NCBI GenBank assembly: GCA_018664115.1
Contig: JABJOX010000050.1
Coordinates: forward strand, 1 to 60,635
Source: Candidatus Woesearchaeota archaeon
Lineage (GTDB): Archaea; Nanobdellota; Nanobdellia; Woesearchaeales; GW2011-AR9
Direction: 5' to 3'
Length of the DNA: 60,635 nucleotides
Shown in pieces: positions 1 to 10,023 of this stretch (position 1 is the stretch's first letter; the number at the start of each line of letters is the position of its first letter). Below the pieces are notes generated by a model. It saw only the letters and a list, made by a program, of their open reading frames with translations, did not search any database and was not told where the DNA came from. Both the position numbers and the translations under genes were made by a program.

Positions 1-550
1 AGTTATCAAAGAACGTTTTAGTAAGAAATATCGTTTACCGCAAATAGATGAATCTCTGCGTCAGTTCAGAACAAGAAGAGAAGCTAAAGTTCTTCGTAAA
101 TTAGAAGAGATGCAATTTCCTGCTCCAGCTTTATTAGATTTCTGTGATAAAAGAATGCAAATAACTATGGATTTTGTTCCGGGAGAAAAGTTAAGAGATG
201 TTCTAATGCGAGGAGATGAATATCAACAATTCGCTGAAGAGGTTGGGCAAAAGATTGGGAAGTTACATGCGCACGACATTATCCATGGAGATTTAACAAC
301 TTCTAACATGATTATGAGTAAAGAGATTAAATTCATCGACTTTGGGTTAAGTTCATTCTCCGACAAAGTTGAAGATAAAGCAGTAGATTTGTTTCTTTTG
401 GATCGAGCTTTAGAAAGCAAACACTATCAACATTACCCAGGGATCTTTGACAATGTTATTGCTGGATATAAAGAAGTTTATCCTGATGCAAGATTTGTTT
501 TAGAAAGGTTTCAGGGAGTAAAGAGACGTGGAAGAAACAAAAATAAATAA
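1..550 (+). CDS. bud32: Bud32/PRPK-type protein kinase (KEOPS subunit), 5' end cut by window edge
   Basis: Frame is open from nt 2 (..IKERFSKKYRLPQIDESLRQFRTRREAKVLRKL..). Motifs HAHDIIHGDLTTSNMI, IDFGLS and EDKAVDL are typical of archaeal Bud32. Confidence 0.85.
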   Translation, partial: VIKERFSKKYRLPQIDESLRQFRTRREAKVLRKLEEMQFPAPALLDFCDKRMQITMDFVPGEKLRDVLMRGDEYQQFAEEVGQKIGKLHAHDIIHGDLTTSNMIMSKEIKFIDFGLSSFSDKVEDKAVDLFLLDRALESKHYQHYPGIFDNVIAGYKEVYPDARFVLERFQGVKRRGRNKNK

Positions 551-555
551 AAAGT

Positions 556-1476
556 TTAAACTTTTGAATTATGTTTAACAACGTAACCAGTAATTATTTT
601 TTTAAGGTGGTCTCTTGTTTCTTGAAACTCTGTCAATACTAATTCTTGACGTTTTTGTAATTTCTTAAGATCATAATTTCCACTTTGCATTGCTAATGAG
701 ATCATATTAAACTCATAATTTAAATTATAACTTTTACCAAGTGCTTCAGATAAAGAACTAAACTTTTTGTTATTCCATATTTTTTTTTCAAAATTTAAGT
801 GTTCAGAAGAATCAACATATTCTTTACTAGGCGCCCGTAAATTAACTCTGGGATCAAATAATGAAGCATTTCCTTCTGGTAAAATAAACCCATATTGAAA
901 TTCATCATTAACACCAGCACTTTTTTTTGCAACATGACCAAAATCAAATAGGGTTGATGTGAAATCTGCAATATTCATATATCTCATATCTCTATAAAGT
1001 AAACCTCTTTGTTCATCACGTTCCATTGCTTTACTGACAAAGAAAGATCCAGAGCCATCCGGCATGAAAGTATTAAATTTTATTGGTTTATTGTACCTAT
1101 CCATAATAAGACGATAACCTTCAATCTGAGATTCATTCTTTCCAACAACAATAAAGTTTAAAACTTCATATGGATTAACAAAAAGTTCTTTTGAAAGATC
1201 TAAAATTTTATCAGCAAGTTCTTTTGGTTTTAAATCTTTATCTGAACTTAATTCTTCTGCAACCATAAATATTTTATCACCGGGACCAGTACCTAATAAA
1301 AAATTATTTCCAATTGGAAATATTTTTTGATAACCAGAAGTAGACTCTCTACCATCAGAACCTAAACCATCCGCCATTACAACACCAATACTTTGATTTG
1401 ATTTAGTTTCATTTGGAAATAAAGGTAACTTATCAAAAGGTGTACCATTAGTAAAGTAAGCCATTATGTTTGTCAT
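556..1476 (-). CDS. hypothetical protein with a weak proteasome-beta/Ntn-hydrolase-like segment
   Basis: 306-aa ORF. The segment IGVVMADGLGSDGRESTSGYQKIFPIGNNFLLGTGPGD resembles the proteasome beta / HslV strand pattern. Similarity is judged by eye only. Confidence 0.4.
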   Translation of the reverse strand: MTNIMAYFTNGTPFDKLPLFPNETKSNQSIGVVMADGLGSDGRESTSGYQKIFPIGNNFLLGTGPGDKIFMVAEELSSDKDLKPKELADKILDLSKELFVNPYEVLNFIVVGKNESQIEGYRLIMDRYNKPIKFNTFMPDGSGSFFVSKAMERDEQRGLLYRDMRYMNIADFTSTLFDFGHVAKKSAGVNDEFQYGFILPEGNASLFDPRVNLRAPSKEYVDSSEHLNFEKKIWNNKKFSSLSEALGKSYNLNYEFNMISLAMQSGNYDLKKLQKRQELVLTEFQETRDHLKKIITGYVVKHNSKV

Positions 1477-1614
1477 AAATTACAATGAAGAACATTCTTT
1501 TATAAATTTTTCCTGAAAAGTAACAACAAATAATTTGTTCTTTGTAAATAAGTTATTTTGAATATATTCTCAAACTTCTAAGTATTTAAATAATTCAACG
1601 TATTTCTACTATTT

Positions 1615-1926
1615 ATGACCAGTGATTCTTCAATTGACGAAATTGTAACTTTAGTCGGTAAAGTAGTAATGGTTTTAAACGAATCAGAACTTTATGTCGG
1701 AAAACTAGAAAACATGAACCCTTTGACATTACAAGCACCATATTTATTGATCAAAAAAGAAACAGATAAAATGGCTATAGTTCCGCATACAAAAAATTCT
1801 GTTACTTTAGAAGGAAGAATGGATTTATATAATGAAGGTGCTCTTGGAAAAAAAATGAGGTTTTTATGTTATTCTCCAAGAGATGAAAGTGTTCTAAAAA
1901 AGATGATTGATGCGGTTTATGATTAA
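1615..1926 (+). CDS. small hypothetical protein, possible Sm-like fold
   Basis: 103-aa ORF. GKVVMVLNESELYVGKLENMNPLTLQ loosely resembles the Sm1 motif. TATA-like tatttaaata lies about 30 nt upstream. Confidence 0.4.
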   Translation: MTSDSSIDEIVTLVGKVVMVLNESELYVGKLENMNPLTLQAPYLLIKKETDKMAIVPHTKNSVTLEGRMDLYNEGALGKKMRFLCYSPRDESVLKKMIDAVYD

Positions 1927-2606
1927 ACCCATTTAGTGGCAATTGTTCCCGGGCCTCTTCTCCCAACAATCGGACCATCATCATAAACCAGATTTGCTGC
2001 GGCCATGTTCTCTCTGATGATTCTTGCGCAGGAATAAGTAGCGATGATAGCTGAATCTTTCATTACTCTAAACATTTCTTTAAATAATTCTATTTCCCAC
2101 ATTTCCGGTTGAGCTTTTGGAGAAAAAGGATCATAAAAAACAGCATCGAAATACTTTTCAGGTAAGTTTTTTGCAGCTTTCTTAGCATCCTCAACAAATA
2201 AAGTGATTTTGATATTATTATTCTCATAAACATATTTCTTATTTTCTTTAATCTCATTACTTTCAACCAATTCTCTGTACAAAGTATAAGATTTTATTGG
2301 CGGTTTAACTTCTTTAATTTTGTTAATTATCTCTGGATCATTTTCTACAGCAACAATTTCAATTTTACAATCAGGATTTTCTTCTAAAGCAACATCAATC
2401 GCCATTGCAGAATTATAGCCAATGCCGAAAAACATATCCAAGATTCTTACTGTTCCCGTTTTAGCAAGTTCTTTAATTTTACAAGGGATAGAATATTTCT
2501 TCAACGCTTCTTCAACGGCTCCAGTTTGCGAATGGTACGTTTGTTGTACTTCTGCGTTTAGAAACGTTTCTGTATTGTCCAATGTGAGGAATTTGCTGAG
2601 TTTCAT
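1923..2606 (-). CDS. MnmC-like SAM-dependent (tRNA) methyltransferase domain protein
   Basis: VRILDMFFGIGYN (SAM-binding loop) and DAVFYDPFSPKAQPEMWEIELFKEM match the MnmC methyltransferase-domain / DUF752 signature. Confidence 0.7.
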   Translation of the reverse strand: MKLSKFLTLDNTETFLNAEVQQTYHSQTGAVEEALKKYSIPCKIKELAKTGTVRILDMFFGIGYNSAMAIDVALEENPDCKIEIVAVENDPEIINKIKEVKPPIKSYTLYRELVESNEIKENKKYVYENNNIKITLFVEDAKKAAKNLPEKYFDAVFYDPFSPKAQPEMWEIELFKEMFRVMKDSAIIATYSCARIIRENMAAANLVYDDGPIVGRRGPGTIATKWV

Positions 2607-2624
2607 TAATTAGTTGATAATAGT

Positions 2625-2642
2625 GTTGCTATAAATAGTTTT
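2625..2642 (-). promoter_or_regulatory. TATA-box promoter element for 1923-2606; 18-mer identical to 12345-12362
   Basis: The minus strand reads AAAACTATTTATAGCAAC, centred about 27 nt upstream of the ATG at 2606. This implies a leaderless or very short-leader mRNA. Confidence 0.5.
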
Positions 2643-2835
2643 TGTCTCAACTAAGAACAATTAGTTATTCACTACATAATAATAGTAAATAAGCGAAACA
2701 TTTATAAATAGATTATGATAAAAATATAATGAATAGTGGGGTAATTAAAAATGAACAAGTTCCACCTAAAAGTGTAGGTTTTTTTTATATTAAGTAAGTC
2801 GGTTTCGAGGTGTTTAAAATTGACTTATCAAAAAT

Positions 2836-5800
2836 ATGAAATCCACAATAGAGAAAGCATTAGCAGATCGTCTAAATTCAGGTAGAATAGATAGAGAAAC
2901 CTACGATAATCTGCTTGGTTATTTTAGACACCAAAATAAAAATAATCTTGCTAAGGGCGCTGCAAAGGTTTATGAGTTAAGGTATGGTGAAGACAAAAAC
3001 CTTTCTAATTATGTTAGTTTAGCAATAGAACATGGAGATTGGGCTAATGAAAAAGATATTAAAAAAGCTAGTGAAAGCTTAGATAAAATTCTAGAAGCTG
3101 CAAGTAAAAAAGGAAACAAAGATTATTTTGCTTTAGCTGAAGATTTAAATAATCCTGAACATGCAGATTTATATGCCACATTTATTCTTAACATTCCGGA
3201 AGTAAGAAATCAAGTAAAAGCTGAAGTTGGTACCTACGAAAATCTTTATCGGGTAACAAGCGGTATTCTTAGGAATAGAAATGGAGATGATGATGAAGAA
3301 GAAGAAAAGAAAAAGCCTAAATATCGAAGAGAAAGAAAGGAGAGCGAGAAACCTACTGAGGATTTAGAACCAAATAAACTTTATCTAGACATTCTAAAAT
3401 TATTGCCAGATGACCATTTCTCAGATTTAAAAGAAACACCAGACAAATTATCATCTCAACAAAAAGAAGAACACGAAGATAAGGTAAGATTATATTCTGT
3501 CCTTAAAGAAAAAGCAAAGCGGGATAGTTTTAAACTTTTCAAAAATGATGAACCGCATGAAGCAATCAGTAATTTAGAAAATTTTGTAAACAAACAAACA
3601 AATAGTAACATTCATTATTTATACGAGGATCAATTAGAAATTTTTAGAGGTTACATTGATTTTCAAGAGAAATTATTAAATGAAGAATATATTAATCCAG
3701 ATTTTGAAAATCCAGCTACTGGAGAAAAAAATGTTTTACCATCATTTCACCAGTTGGTTGCTATTTATCACAACTTAGAAGAAAAACGGTTTGGTATTTT
3801 TGATGATTGTGGTACTGGAAAAACTGCAATTGCTGCTCTTCTTAAGCCTTTAATTATTGATAAAAGAGAGAAAGAAGGAAAGACAGTTCACGGTAGAACT
3901 TTAGTCATCGGCCCTAAAGCTAGTTCTAAAGCTTGGAATGATGGATTAGAAGGAGAATTAAAGAAAAGATATTTTTCTCAAAAGCAAAAAGTTGCTTGGA
4001 TAAATGGTAAGAAAGATAATGAATTTTTGGAAGAACTTAAAGAATCAGATTTCATGTTTGTTAATTATGAACAATTATTAACTGACTTTTGTCTTGATGG
4101 AGAAAAAAAGAAAGTTTATGAAGTCTTAATGGAATTAGGTTATGACCATTTAATTATTGACGAAGTTCAAGAAGCTAAGAACCATCAGACGAGTACTAAA
4201 AATGGAAAAATAACAGAAAGTCTTGCAGTCCGTATATTAGCTACAGATTCAAAATGCGAACATTTAAGTTTATTATCTGGAACTCCAATGCCTGATAACT
4301 TGAATGATTATGCCAACATTTTCTTCATGCTCAAACCAGATTATTTTATTGAAAAAACTGTCATTGATGGTAAACAAATAAAACAATTAAAATTTGATGA
4401 CATTAAAGATAGATTTAAAGAAATCTATGAAGGCGATCCACGAGCATTATATACATTTGTTAGACAGAACACAATCAGAAGAACTAGTGAAGAAGTAAGT
4501 GATTTGCCTGGACACAAAATAATTGAAGATGATATTGAATTAACGCCAGTACAGGAAAAGATTATTAAACATATTTTTAAACAAGGTAAACCTGATTGGA
4601 TTAGTCAAGTCAGGTATGCCCTTTTAGATCCGCGTTTAGTTTCTCCAGAAATTCTTCAAGAGATGGATTTAATAGGAAAAGTTACTAGAGAAGATTCAGC
4701 AAAATATAATAGATTGGAAGAACTTTTATCTGCTAGTGATGGGCCTCTTGCTAATAACGAAAAAGTAGTTATTTTCTCTAGCATGTATAAGAATGGAGTA
4801 ACAAGAAATGCAAAGAATCTAAAAGAAGAATATGCACGGTTAGGATTATCTGAAGAATTTAAAAAATTAGATATTAAAGATATTAAAGAAGAATTAGAAA
4901 CCAATTTACAACAAAAGTTTAAACGTCAAGTTAAGTTCACTACGATTGATGGCGATACAAGTTGTTATGAACGTGAACAAGCCGTTGATCAATTGAATAA
5001 TGGATTAGATGGCATTATTTGTACCACAAAGTCTGGAGGAGTCTCAATGAATTTCTCCGCTGCCACCACTGCTATCTTCTTAGATCAGGATTATAGTCCA
5101 GCAACTACAGAACAAGCAATTGCAAGGATAGTTCGAAGAGGACAAAAAAGTGAAACAAAAATATATTTTTTATATGGAAAAGATTCAATTGATCATGATA
5201 TAAAAAAATTAGTTGAAAACAAACAAACAAATATCCAGATTGCTTTAGATGGAATTGATTTGCTTGATAAAGAGAAGGACATTATTTGGGGTAATAATAC
5301 AGACCGAATTAAAGATTTATATTTAAAAAGAAAGGGAGGATTGTCCATTGATTTATCAGATCATTTGATTGATGACATTAATTCGTTCCAAACTAAATTG
5401 GTCAGAAAGAAGAAAGGCACTTCACAACCTATAATTCAACAAGACATTTACGAAGAAACTGTTGCTCAAGAAATAAGGAAAAAAATAGCTAGCGACCCAA
5501 ATTGTTGGCATGATCAAGAATTCGTGCAAAAATATTTTGACCATTTCAAAAATTTAGGTCCTTACTTATTAGCTCGAGCAAAAGTAACTGATATAATTAG
5601 AAGAAGTTTAAATGAACAAATTGAATTTCCTAAATTATTATTAGCTGACGCTGCAGGTCATGGAGTTTTATATTCCGCTTTCCAAGAATTAGATGAATTA
5701 GTTGGAAATAATGGTTTTGAAATGCCCCTAATTGTTGACCGAGATTTTTCTCAACCAATGTATGACTTGAGTTTAAACCCCCACAAGTATTTAGCAGACA

Positions 5801-6447
5801 TGTGTGGCCAACCAGGAATTTTTGATCAAACTTTCTTTGAAGAGTTTGGTAAATTTGATTTTATTGATAACTCATCTATCTCTTTATTGCCTAACAAAAA
5901 CAGAATAAGAGATTACGTTTTAGAAAGCAACAGAATTTTAGAACTTGGAGGTCATTTTCAATTAGGCGTTCGTAGTTTACGGTTTGATGAAAACTTTTTT
6001 GAAGGGATGAAAAGATCTGGATTTGAACCGATTGTAAAATCTGTTCGACACAACATCTCAAATGAATTATTTAAATTCCTAAAAAAACAATTTGGTCAAC
6101 ATTATGCAGGAGCATATCAGTCTAAATTGAACAATACTAATTTTTCACTTTTCCAGAAAGTTGATGAAGTTCATGCAGTTGAAGATAAGTATTTTAGATT
6201 GATGAATCCCGATCATATTGAAGAAGAAGAAGTTTCTAAAGAACCTGTTAAAGTAGAAAAAACTATGAGTAAAGGGGGCAATTTTTATGTTTACAGTAAA
6301 CCTATGAAAGGAAAGAAAGTATGGTACGTTAAAGGTACAATAGATCAACAGGATGTAATTAGGGCTTTGGTCGAAGAACATGGAGTAATGGCAATTCCTG
6401 AAAATATTTTAAAAGAAAATAATTTGTCTAGGAGCCGAAAAAGATGA
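2836..6447 (+). CDS. SNF2-family helicase fused to a C-terminal Rossmann/SAM-methyltransferase-like domain
   Basis: 1203 aa. Helicase motifs: DDCGTGKTAIA (motif I), LIIDEVQEAKN (DExQ), LLSGTPMPDN (III), GGVSMNFSAATTAIFLDQDYSPATTEQAIARIVRRGQ (V-VI). C-terminal strand pattern: LLLADAAGHGVL, LIVDRD, FDFIDNSS, ILELGGHF. ATGA overlap with the next gene. Confidence 0.85.
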   Translation: MKSTIEKALADRLNSGRIDRETYDNLLGYFRHQNKNNLAKGAAKVYELRYGEDKNLSNYVSLAIEHGDWANEKDIKKASESLDKILEAASKKGNKDYFALAEDLNNPEHADLYATFILNIPEVRNQVKAEVGTYENLYRVTSGILRNRNGDDDEEEEKKKPKYRRERKESEKPTEDLEPNKLYLDILKLLPDDHFSDLKETPDKLSSQQKEEHEDKVRLYSVLKEKAKRDSFKLFKNDEPHEAISNLENFVNKQTNSNIHYLYEDQLEIFRGYIDFQEKLLNEEYINPDFENPATGEKNVLPSFHQLVAIYHNLEEKRFGIFDDCGTGKTAIAALLKPLIIDKREKEGKTVHGRTLVIGPKASSKAWNDGLEGELKKRYFSQKQKVAWINGKKDNEFLEELKESDFMFVNYEQLLTDFCLDGEKKKVYEVLMELGYDHLIIDEVQEAKNHQTSTKNGKITESLAVRILATDSKCEHLSLLSGTPMPDNLNDYANIFFMLKPDYFIEKTVIDGKQIKQLKFDDIKDRFKEIYEGDPRALYTFVRQNTIRRTSEEVSDLPGHKIIEDDIELTPVQEKIIKHIFKQGKPDWISQVRYALLDPRLVSPEILQEMDLIGKVTREDSAKYNRLEELLSASDGPLANNEKVVIFSSMYKNGVTRNAKNLKEEYARLGLSEEFKKLDIKDIKEELETNLQQKFKRQVKFTTIDGDTSCYEREQAVDQLNNGLDGIICTTKSGGVSMNFSAATTAIFLDQDYSPATTEQAIARIVRRGQKSETKIYFLYGKDSIDHDIKKLVENKQTNIQIALDGIDLLDKEKDIIWGNNTDRIKDLYLKRKGGLSIDLSDHLIDDINSFQTKLVRKKKGTSQPIIQQDIYEETVAQEIRKKIASDPNCWHDQEFVQKYFDHFKNLGPYLLARAKVTDIIRRSLNEQIEFPKLLLADAAGHGVLYSAFQELDELVGNNGFEMPLIVDRDFSQPMYDLSLNPHKYLADMCGQPGIFDQTFFEEFGKFDFIDNSSISLLPNKNRIRDYVLESNRILELGGHFQLGVRSLRFDENFFEGMKRSGFEPIVKSVRHNISNELFKFLKKQFGQHYAGAYQSKLNNTNFSLFQKVDEVHAVEDKYFRLMNPDHIEEEEVSKEPVKVEKTMSKGGNFYVYSKPMKGKKVWYVKGTIDQQDVIRALVEEHGVMAIPENILKENNLSRSRKR

Positions 6448-7337
6448 GTGAAAAGAAATCTAAAAGAGATTGGAAGAACATGTCAAATGATAAACTAAAA
6501 GAATATTGTAATGATAATTATGCTGGAATGAGTAGAAATGAAGTTCAAAAAATAGATGGTAGCTTTTATCAGGTAATAGGAAATAGAGGATTGTTAAATG
6601 AATTAATAGAAAGTAAAATCAAACCTCGAAGAGAGTGGAAGAGTATGTCAAATGATGAACTAAAAGAATATTATCATGAAAATTATGCTGGAATGAGTAG
6701 AAGTGAAGTTGCAAAAGCCGACAGTAGTTTTTATATGATTGTGATAGAAAAAAAATTATTTGATGAAGGATTAACTGAAAGTAAACATAGAGATTGGCAA
6801 AGCAAATCTGATGAAGAACTTAAACAACATTATCATGATAATTATTCTGGAATGAATAGAAGTGAAGTTCAAAAAATAGATGGTAGTTTTTATCAAGTAA
6901 TAGGAAATAGAGGGTTATTAGATGAATTAATAGAAAGAAAATTAATAGACTGGGAAGGTATGTCAGATGAAAAACTTGAAGAGCATTGTCAAGAAAACTA
7001 TTCTGGGATGAGTAGAAGTGAAGTTCAAAGAGAATGCAAAGGCTTCTATAATATAATTCTTAAGAGAGAGATAGCAGATAAATTAATCCCACCAACAAGG
7101 AAACCGAATGGTTATTATCAAGATATTGATAATATTCAAATTGAATTGGAAATAATTATTAAACAGTTAGATGGAAAATTTCCAAGAGTAAAAGATATTA
7201 AGAAAATAAGTACAGGGTTGCTAACGGGGATATATGATTATCATGGTTCCCTTACCACAGTAAAAATCCAGCTAGGTTACGCTGATAAAGAAATGGAAGT
7301 TCTTAAAGAAATTCTAGAGGAGCTGGGAGATGAGTAA
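6444..7337 (+). CDS. modular repeat protein 1 (4 A-modules + 1 B-module + common tail)
   Basis: Four copies of W..MS..LKEY...NY(A/S)GM(S/N)R(S/N)EV.K.D.SFY, then KPNGYYQDIDNIQ..., then the tail VKIQLGYADKEMEVLKEILEELGDE. Start overlaps the helicase stop (ATGA). Confidence 0.8.
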   Translation: MSEKKSKRDWKNMSNDKLKEYCNDNYAGMSRNEVQKIDGSFYQVIGNRGLLNELIESKIKPRREWKSMSNDELKEYYHENYAGMSRSEVAKADSSFYMIVIEKKLFDEGLTESKHRDWQSKSDEELKQHYHDNYSGMNRSEVQKIDGSFYQVIGNRGLLDELIERKLIDWEGMSDEKLEEHCQENYSGMSRSEVQRECKGFYNIILKREIADKLIPPTRKPNGYYQDIDNIQIELEIIIKQLDGKFPRVKDIKKISTGLLTGIYDYHGSLTTVKIQLGYADKEMEVLKEILEELGDE

Positions 7338-7413
7338 GAGAAGAAGTTTCAAAGGCTGGGAATTACAAGATTTCCAAAAGTATTGTAATGATAATTATGC
7401 TGGGATGAGTAGA
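7299..7413 (+). repeat. gene-junction cassette, 115 nt identical to 9900-10014
   Basis: Letter-by-letter comparison. Spans the tail of gene n, the ATGAGTAA overlap and the first 28 codons of gene n+1. Confidence 0.95.
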
Positions 7414-8493
7414 GATGAAATTCAAAAAGCAGACTATGGTTTTTTTATGATCATCTATAAAAGAGGATTACAAGACAAAATATTACCAGAGAAAAAAAGA
7501 AAACCAAATGATCACTGGAAAGATATTAACAATGTTCAAAGAGGATTAAATATAATTATTGAAGAATTAGGAAGATTCCCAATAACAACAACAGAAATAG
7601 AAACAAGAAATCCCGGATTATATGGTGGAATACATAAATATCATGGTGGAATAAGAAAAATAAGAGAATTATATGGTGAAAAGGAACTTAGAAAACCAGA
7701 CGGTTACTGGAAAGATATTGAGAATGTTCAAAAAGAACTAGAACCAATAATTGAAGAATTAGGAAGATTTCCAACAACAACAGAAATAGAAACAAGAGAT
7801 TCTAGGTTATATCGTGGAATACATAGATATCATGGGGGAATAAGAGAAGTAAGAAAATTTTATGGGGAAGTTGACCCCACAAAACCAAAGGATCATTGGA
7901 AAGATATTAACAATGTTCAAAAAGGATTAGAACCAATCATTGAAGAATTAGGGAGATTCCCAACAACAACAGAAATAGAAACAAGAAATTCTGGATTATG
8001 TGCTGGAATCCAAATATGTCATGGTGGAATAAGAGAAGTGAGAAAATTATATGGTGAAATTAATCATAATAAACCAGATGGTCATTGGAAAGACATTAAC
8101 AATGTTCAAAAAGAACTAGAACCAATCATTGAAGAATTAGGAAGATTTCCAACAACAACAGAAATACGAAAAAGAGATTCTGGGTTATGTTATGGAATAG
8201 AAGAATATCATGGTGGAATAAGAGAAGTGAGAAAATTATATGGGGAAGTTGATCCTCAAAAACCTAGTGGTTACTGGAAAAATACTGAGAATGTTCAGAA
8301 AGGACTAGAACCAATTATTGAAGAATTAGGAAGATTTCCAAAAGCAACAGAAATTAGAAAAAGAGATTCTGGGTTATATGCTGGAATACAAAAATATCAT
8401 GGCAATCTTACTCAAGTAAAAATTCAGCTAGGTTACGCAGATAAAGAAATGGAAGTTCTTAAAGAGGTCTTAGAGGAGTTGGGAGATGCGTAA
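7330..8493 (+). CDS. modular repeat protein 2 (1 A-module + 5 B-modules)
   Basis: Five tandem ~63-aa units of KP.G(Y/H)WKDI.NVQK.LEPIIEELGRFPTTTEI..R.S.L..GI..YHGGIREVRKLYGE. 8-nt overlap ATGAGTAA with the upstream gene. Confidence 0.8.
   Translation: MSKRRSFKGWELQDFQKYCNDNYAGMSRDEIQKADYGFFMIIYKRGLQDKILPEKKRKPNDHWKDINNVQRGLNIIIEELGRFPITTTEIETRNPGLYGGIHKYHGGIRKIRELYGEKELRKPDGYWKDIENVQKELEPIIEELGRFPTTTEIETRDSRLYRGIHRYHGGIREVRKFYGEVDPTKPKDHWKDINNVQKGLEPIIEELGRFPTTTEIETRNSGLCAGIQICHGGIREVRKLYGEINHNKPDGHWKDINNVQKELEPIIEELGRFPTTTEIRKRDSGLCYGIEEYHGGIREVRKLYGEVDPQKPSGYWKNTENVQKGLEPIIEELGRFPKATEIRKRDSGLYAGIQKYHGNLTQVKIQLGYADKEMEVLKEVLEELGDA
7501..8449 (+). repeat. tandem coding repeat, 5 units of about 189-192 nt (B-modules)
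   Basis: Unit starts (AAACCA/AAACCT..) read at 7501, 7693, 7882, 8071 and 8260. Confidence 0.9.
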
Positions 8494-9223
8494 GAGAAGA
8501 AGTTTCAAAGGCTGGGAATTACAAGATTTCCAAAAGTATTGTAATGATAATTATGCTGGGATGAGTAGAAGTGAAGTTGCAGACATAGATCCTGGTTTTT
8601 ATAAAAAAGTTCTAAAAGAAGGATTTACTGATGAAGTGTTACTAAAAAGTAAACAAAGAAGTTTTAAAGGCTGGGAGTTACAGGATTTTAAAGATTTATA
8701 TGAGAATAATTATGCTGGAATGAGTAGAAATGAAATTGCAGACATAGATCCTGGTTTCTATGGTAAAATTGGAAAAGAAGGGTTTATTAATGAAGTATTA
8801 CCAGAAAGTATAAAGAAACCTAATGGTTACTGGAAAAATATTAGTAATGTTCAAAGTGGATTAGAACCAATTATTGAAGAATTAGGAAGATTCCCAACAA
8901 CAGATGAAATTAATAAAAGAAATAGTGGATTAATGAATGCAATAAAAAGACATCATGGTAATCTCACTAAAGTAAGAGTTAAATTAGGTTATGAAAAAAC
9001 AAACTATGAAGACATTAACAATGTTCAAAATGGATTAGAACCAATTATTGAAGAATTGGGAAGATTTCCAACACGTAGTGAAATTAGAAAAAGAAATAAA
9101 AGACTATTTAGTGGAATAAGCAATTACCAAGGTGGCTTAATTAAAGTAAAAATCCAATTAGGTTACGCAGATAAAGAAATGGAAGTTCTTAAAGAAATTC
9201 TAGAGGAATTGAGAGATGAGTAA
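8486..9223 (+). CDS. modular repeat protein 3 (2 A-modules + 2 B-modules)
   Basis: Same module vocabulary and the same C-terminal tail. 8-nt overlap ATGCGTAA. Confidence 0.8.
   Translation: MRKRRSFKGWELQDFQKYCNDNYAGMSRSEVADIDPGFYKKVLKEGFTDEVLLKSKQRSFKGWELQDFKDLYENNYAGMSRNEIADIDPGFYGKIGKEGFINEVLPESIKKPNGYWKNISNVQSGLEPIIEELGRFPTTDEINKRNSGLMNAIKRHHGNLTKVRVKLGYEKTNYEDINNVQNGLEPIIEELGRFPTRSEIRKRNKRLFSGISNYQGGLIKVKIQLGYADKEMEVLKEILEELRDE
8491..8578 (+). repeat. gene-junction cassette, 88 nt identical to 9936-10023
   Basis: Letter-by-letter comparison. Confidence 0.95.
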
Positions 9224-9938
9224 AAGAAGAAGTTGGAAAGACTTGACTGTAGAAGATTTTCAGAAGTTTTACAATGATAATTATTCTGGAATGAGTAGAA
9301 GTGAAGTTGCAGAAGTGGATTCTAGTTTTTATAGTACAATTAAAAAAAAAAGATTATTAAATGAAGTATTTCCACCAAATAAGGGACATAAATTCACAAG
9401 TTGGCAAATTGAAGACTTTCAAAAATTTTATCAAGAAAATCATTTGGGAATGAGTAGAACCGAAGTTGCAAAAACAAATAGAAGTTTTTATAGGGCAATT
9501 GAAACCAGAAGATTACAAGATAAAGTATTTCCACCAAACCAACAACATAAATTTGTAAGTTGGCAAGTTGAAGACTTCCAAGAATATTACCAACAAAACC
9601 ATTCTAATAGGAGTAGAAGTGAAGTTCAAAAAGTGGATAAAAATTTCTATAAAGCAATGATAAGGAGACAAATACTGAATAAAGTCTTTCCAAAAAGTAA
9701 AAGAAAACCAAAAAGTCATTGGGGAAAAATTGATAATGTCCAATTAGAATTAGACACAATTATTGAAGAATTAGGGAGATTCCCAAAAGCAGGAGAGATT
9801 AAAGAAATAAATAATTCACTATGTACTGTGATATATAAATACCACGGTTCCCTTACTCAAGTAAAAATCCAGCTTGGTTACGCAGATAAAGAAATGGCTG
9901 TTCTTAAAGAAATTCTAGAGGAGCTGGGAGATGAGTAA
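9216..9938 (+). CDS. modular repeat protein 4 (3 A-modules + 1 B-module)
   Basis: Same module vocabulary and tail. 8-nt overlap ATGAGTAA. Confidence 0.8.
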   Translation: MSKRRSWKDLTVEDFQKFYNDNYSGMSRSEVAEVDSSFYSTIKKKRLLNEVFPPNKGHKFTSWQIEDFQKFYQENHLGMSRTEVAKTNRSFYRAIETRRLQDKVFPPNQQHKFVSWQVEDFQEYYQQNHSNRSRSEVQKVDKNFYKAMIRRQILNKVFPKSKRKPKSHWGKIDNVQLELDTIIEELGRFPKAGEIKEINNSLCTVIYKYHGSLTQVKIQLGYADKEMAVLKEILEELGDE

Positions 9939-10023
9939 GAGAAGAAGTTTCAAAGGCTGGGAATTACAAGATTTCCAAAAGTATTGTAATGATAATTATG
10001 CTGGGATGAGTAGAAGTGAAGTT
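9900..10023 (+). repeat. gene-junction cassette, partner of 7299-7413 and 8491-8578
   Basis: Letter-by-letter comparison. Confidence 0.95.
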
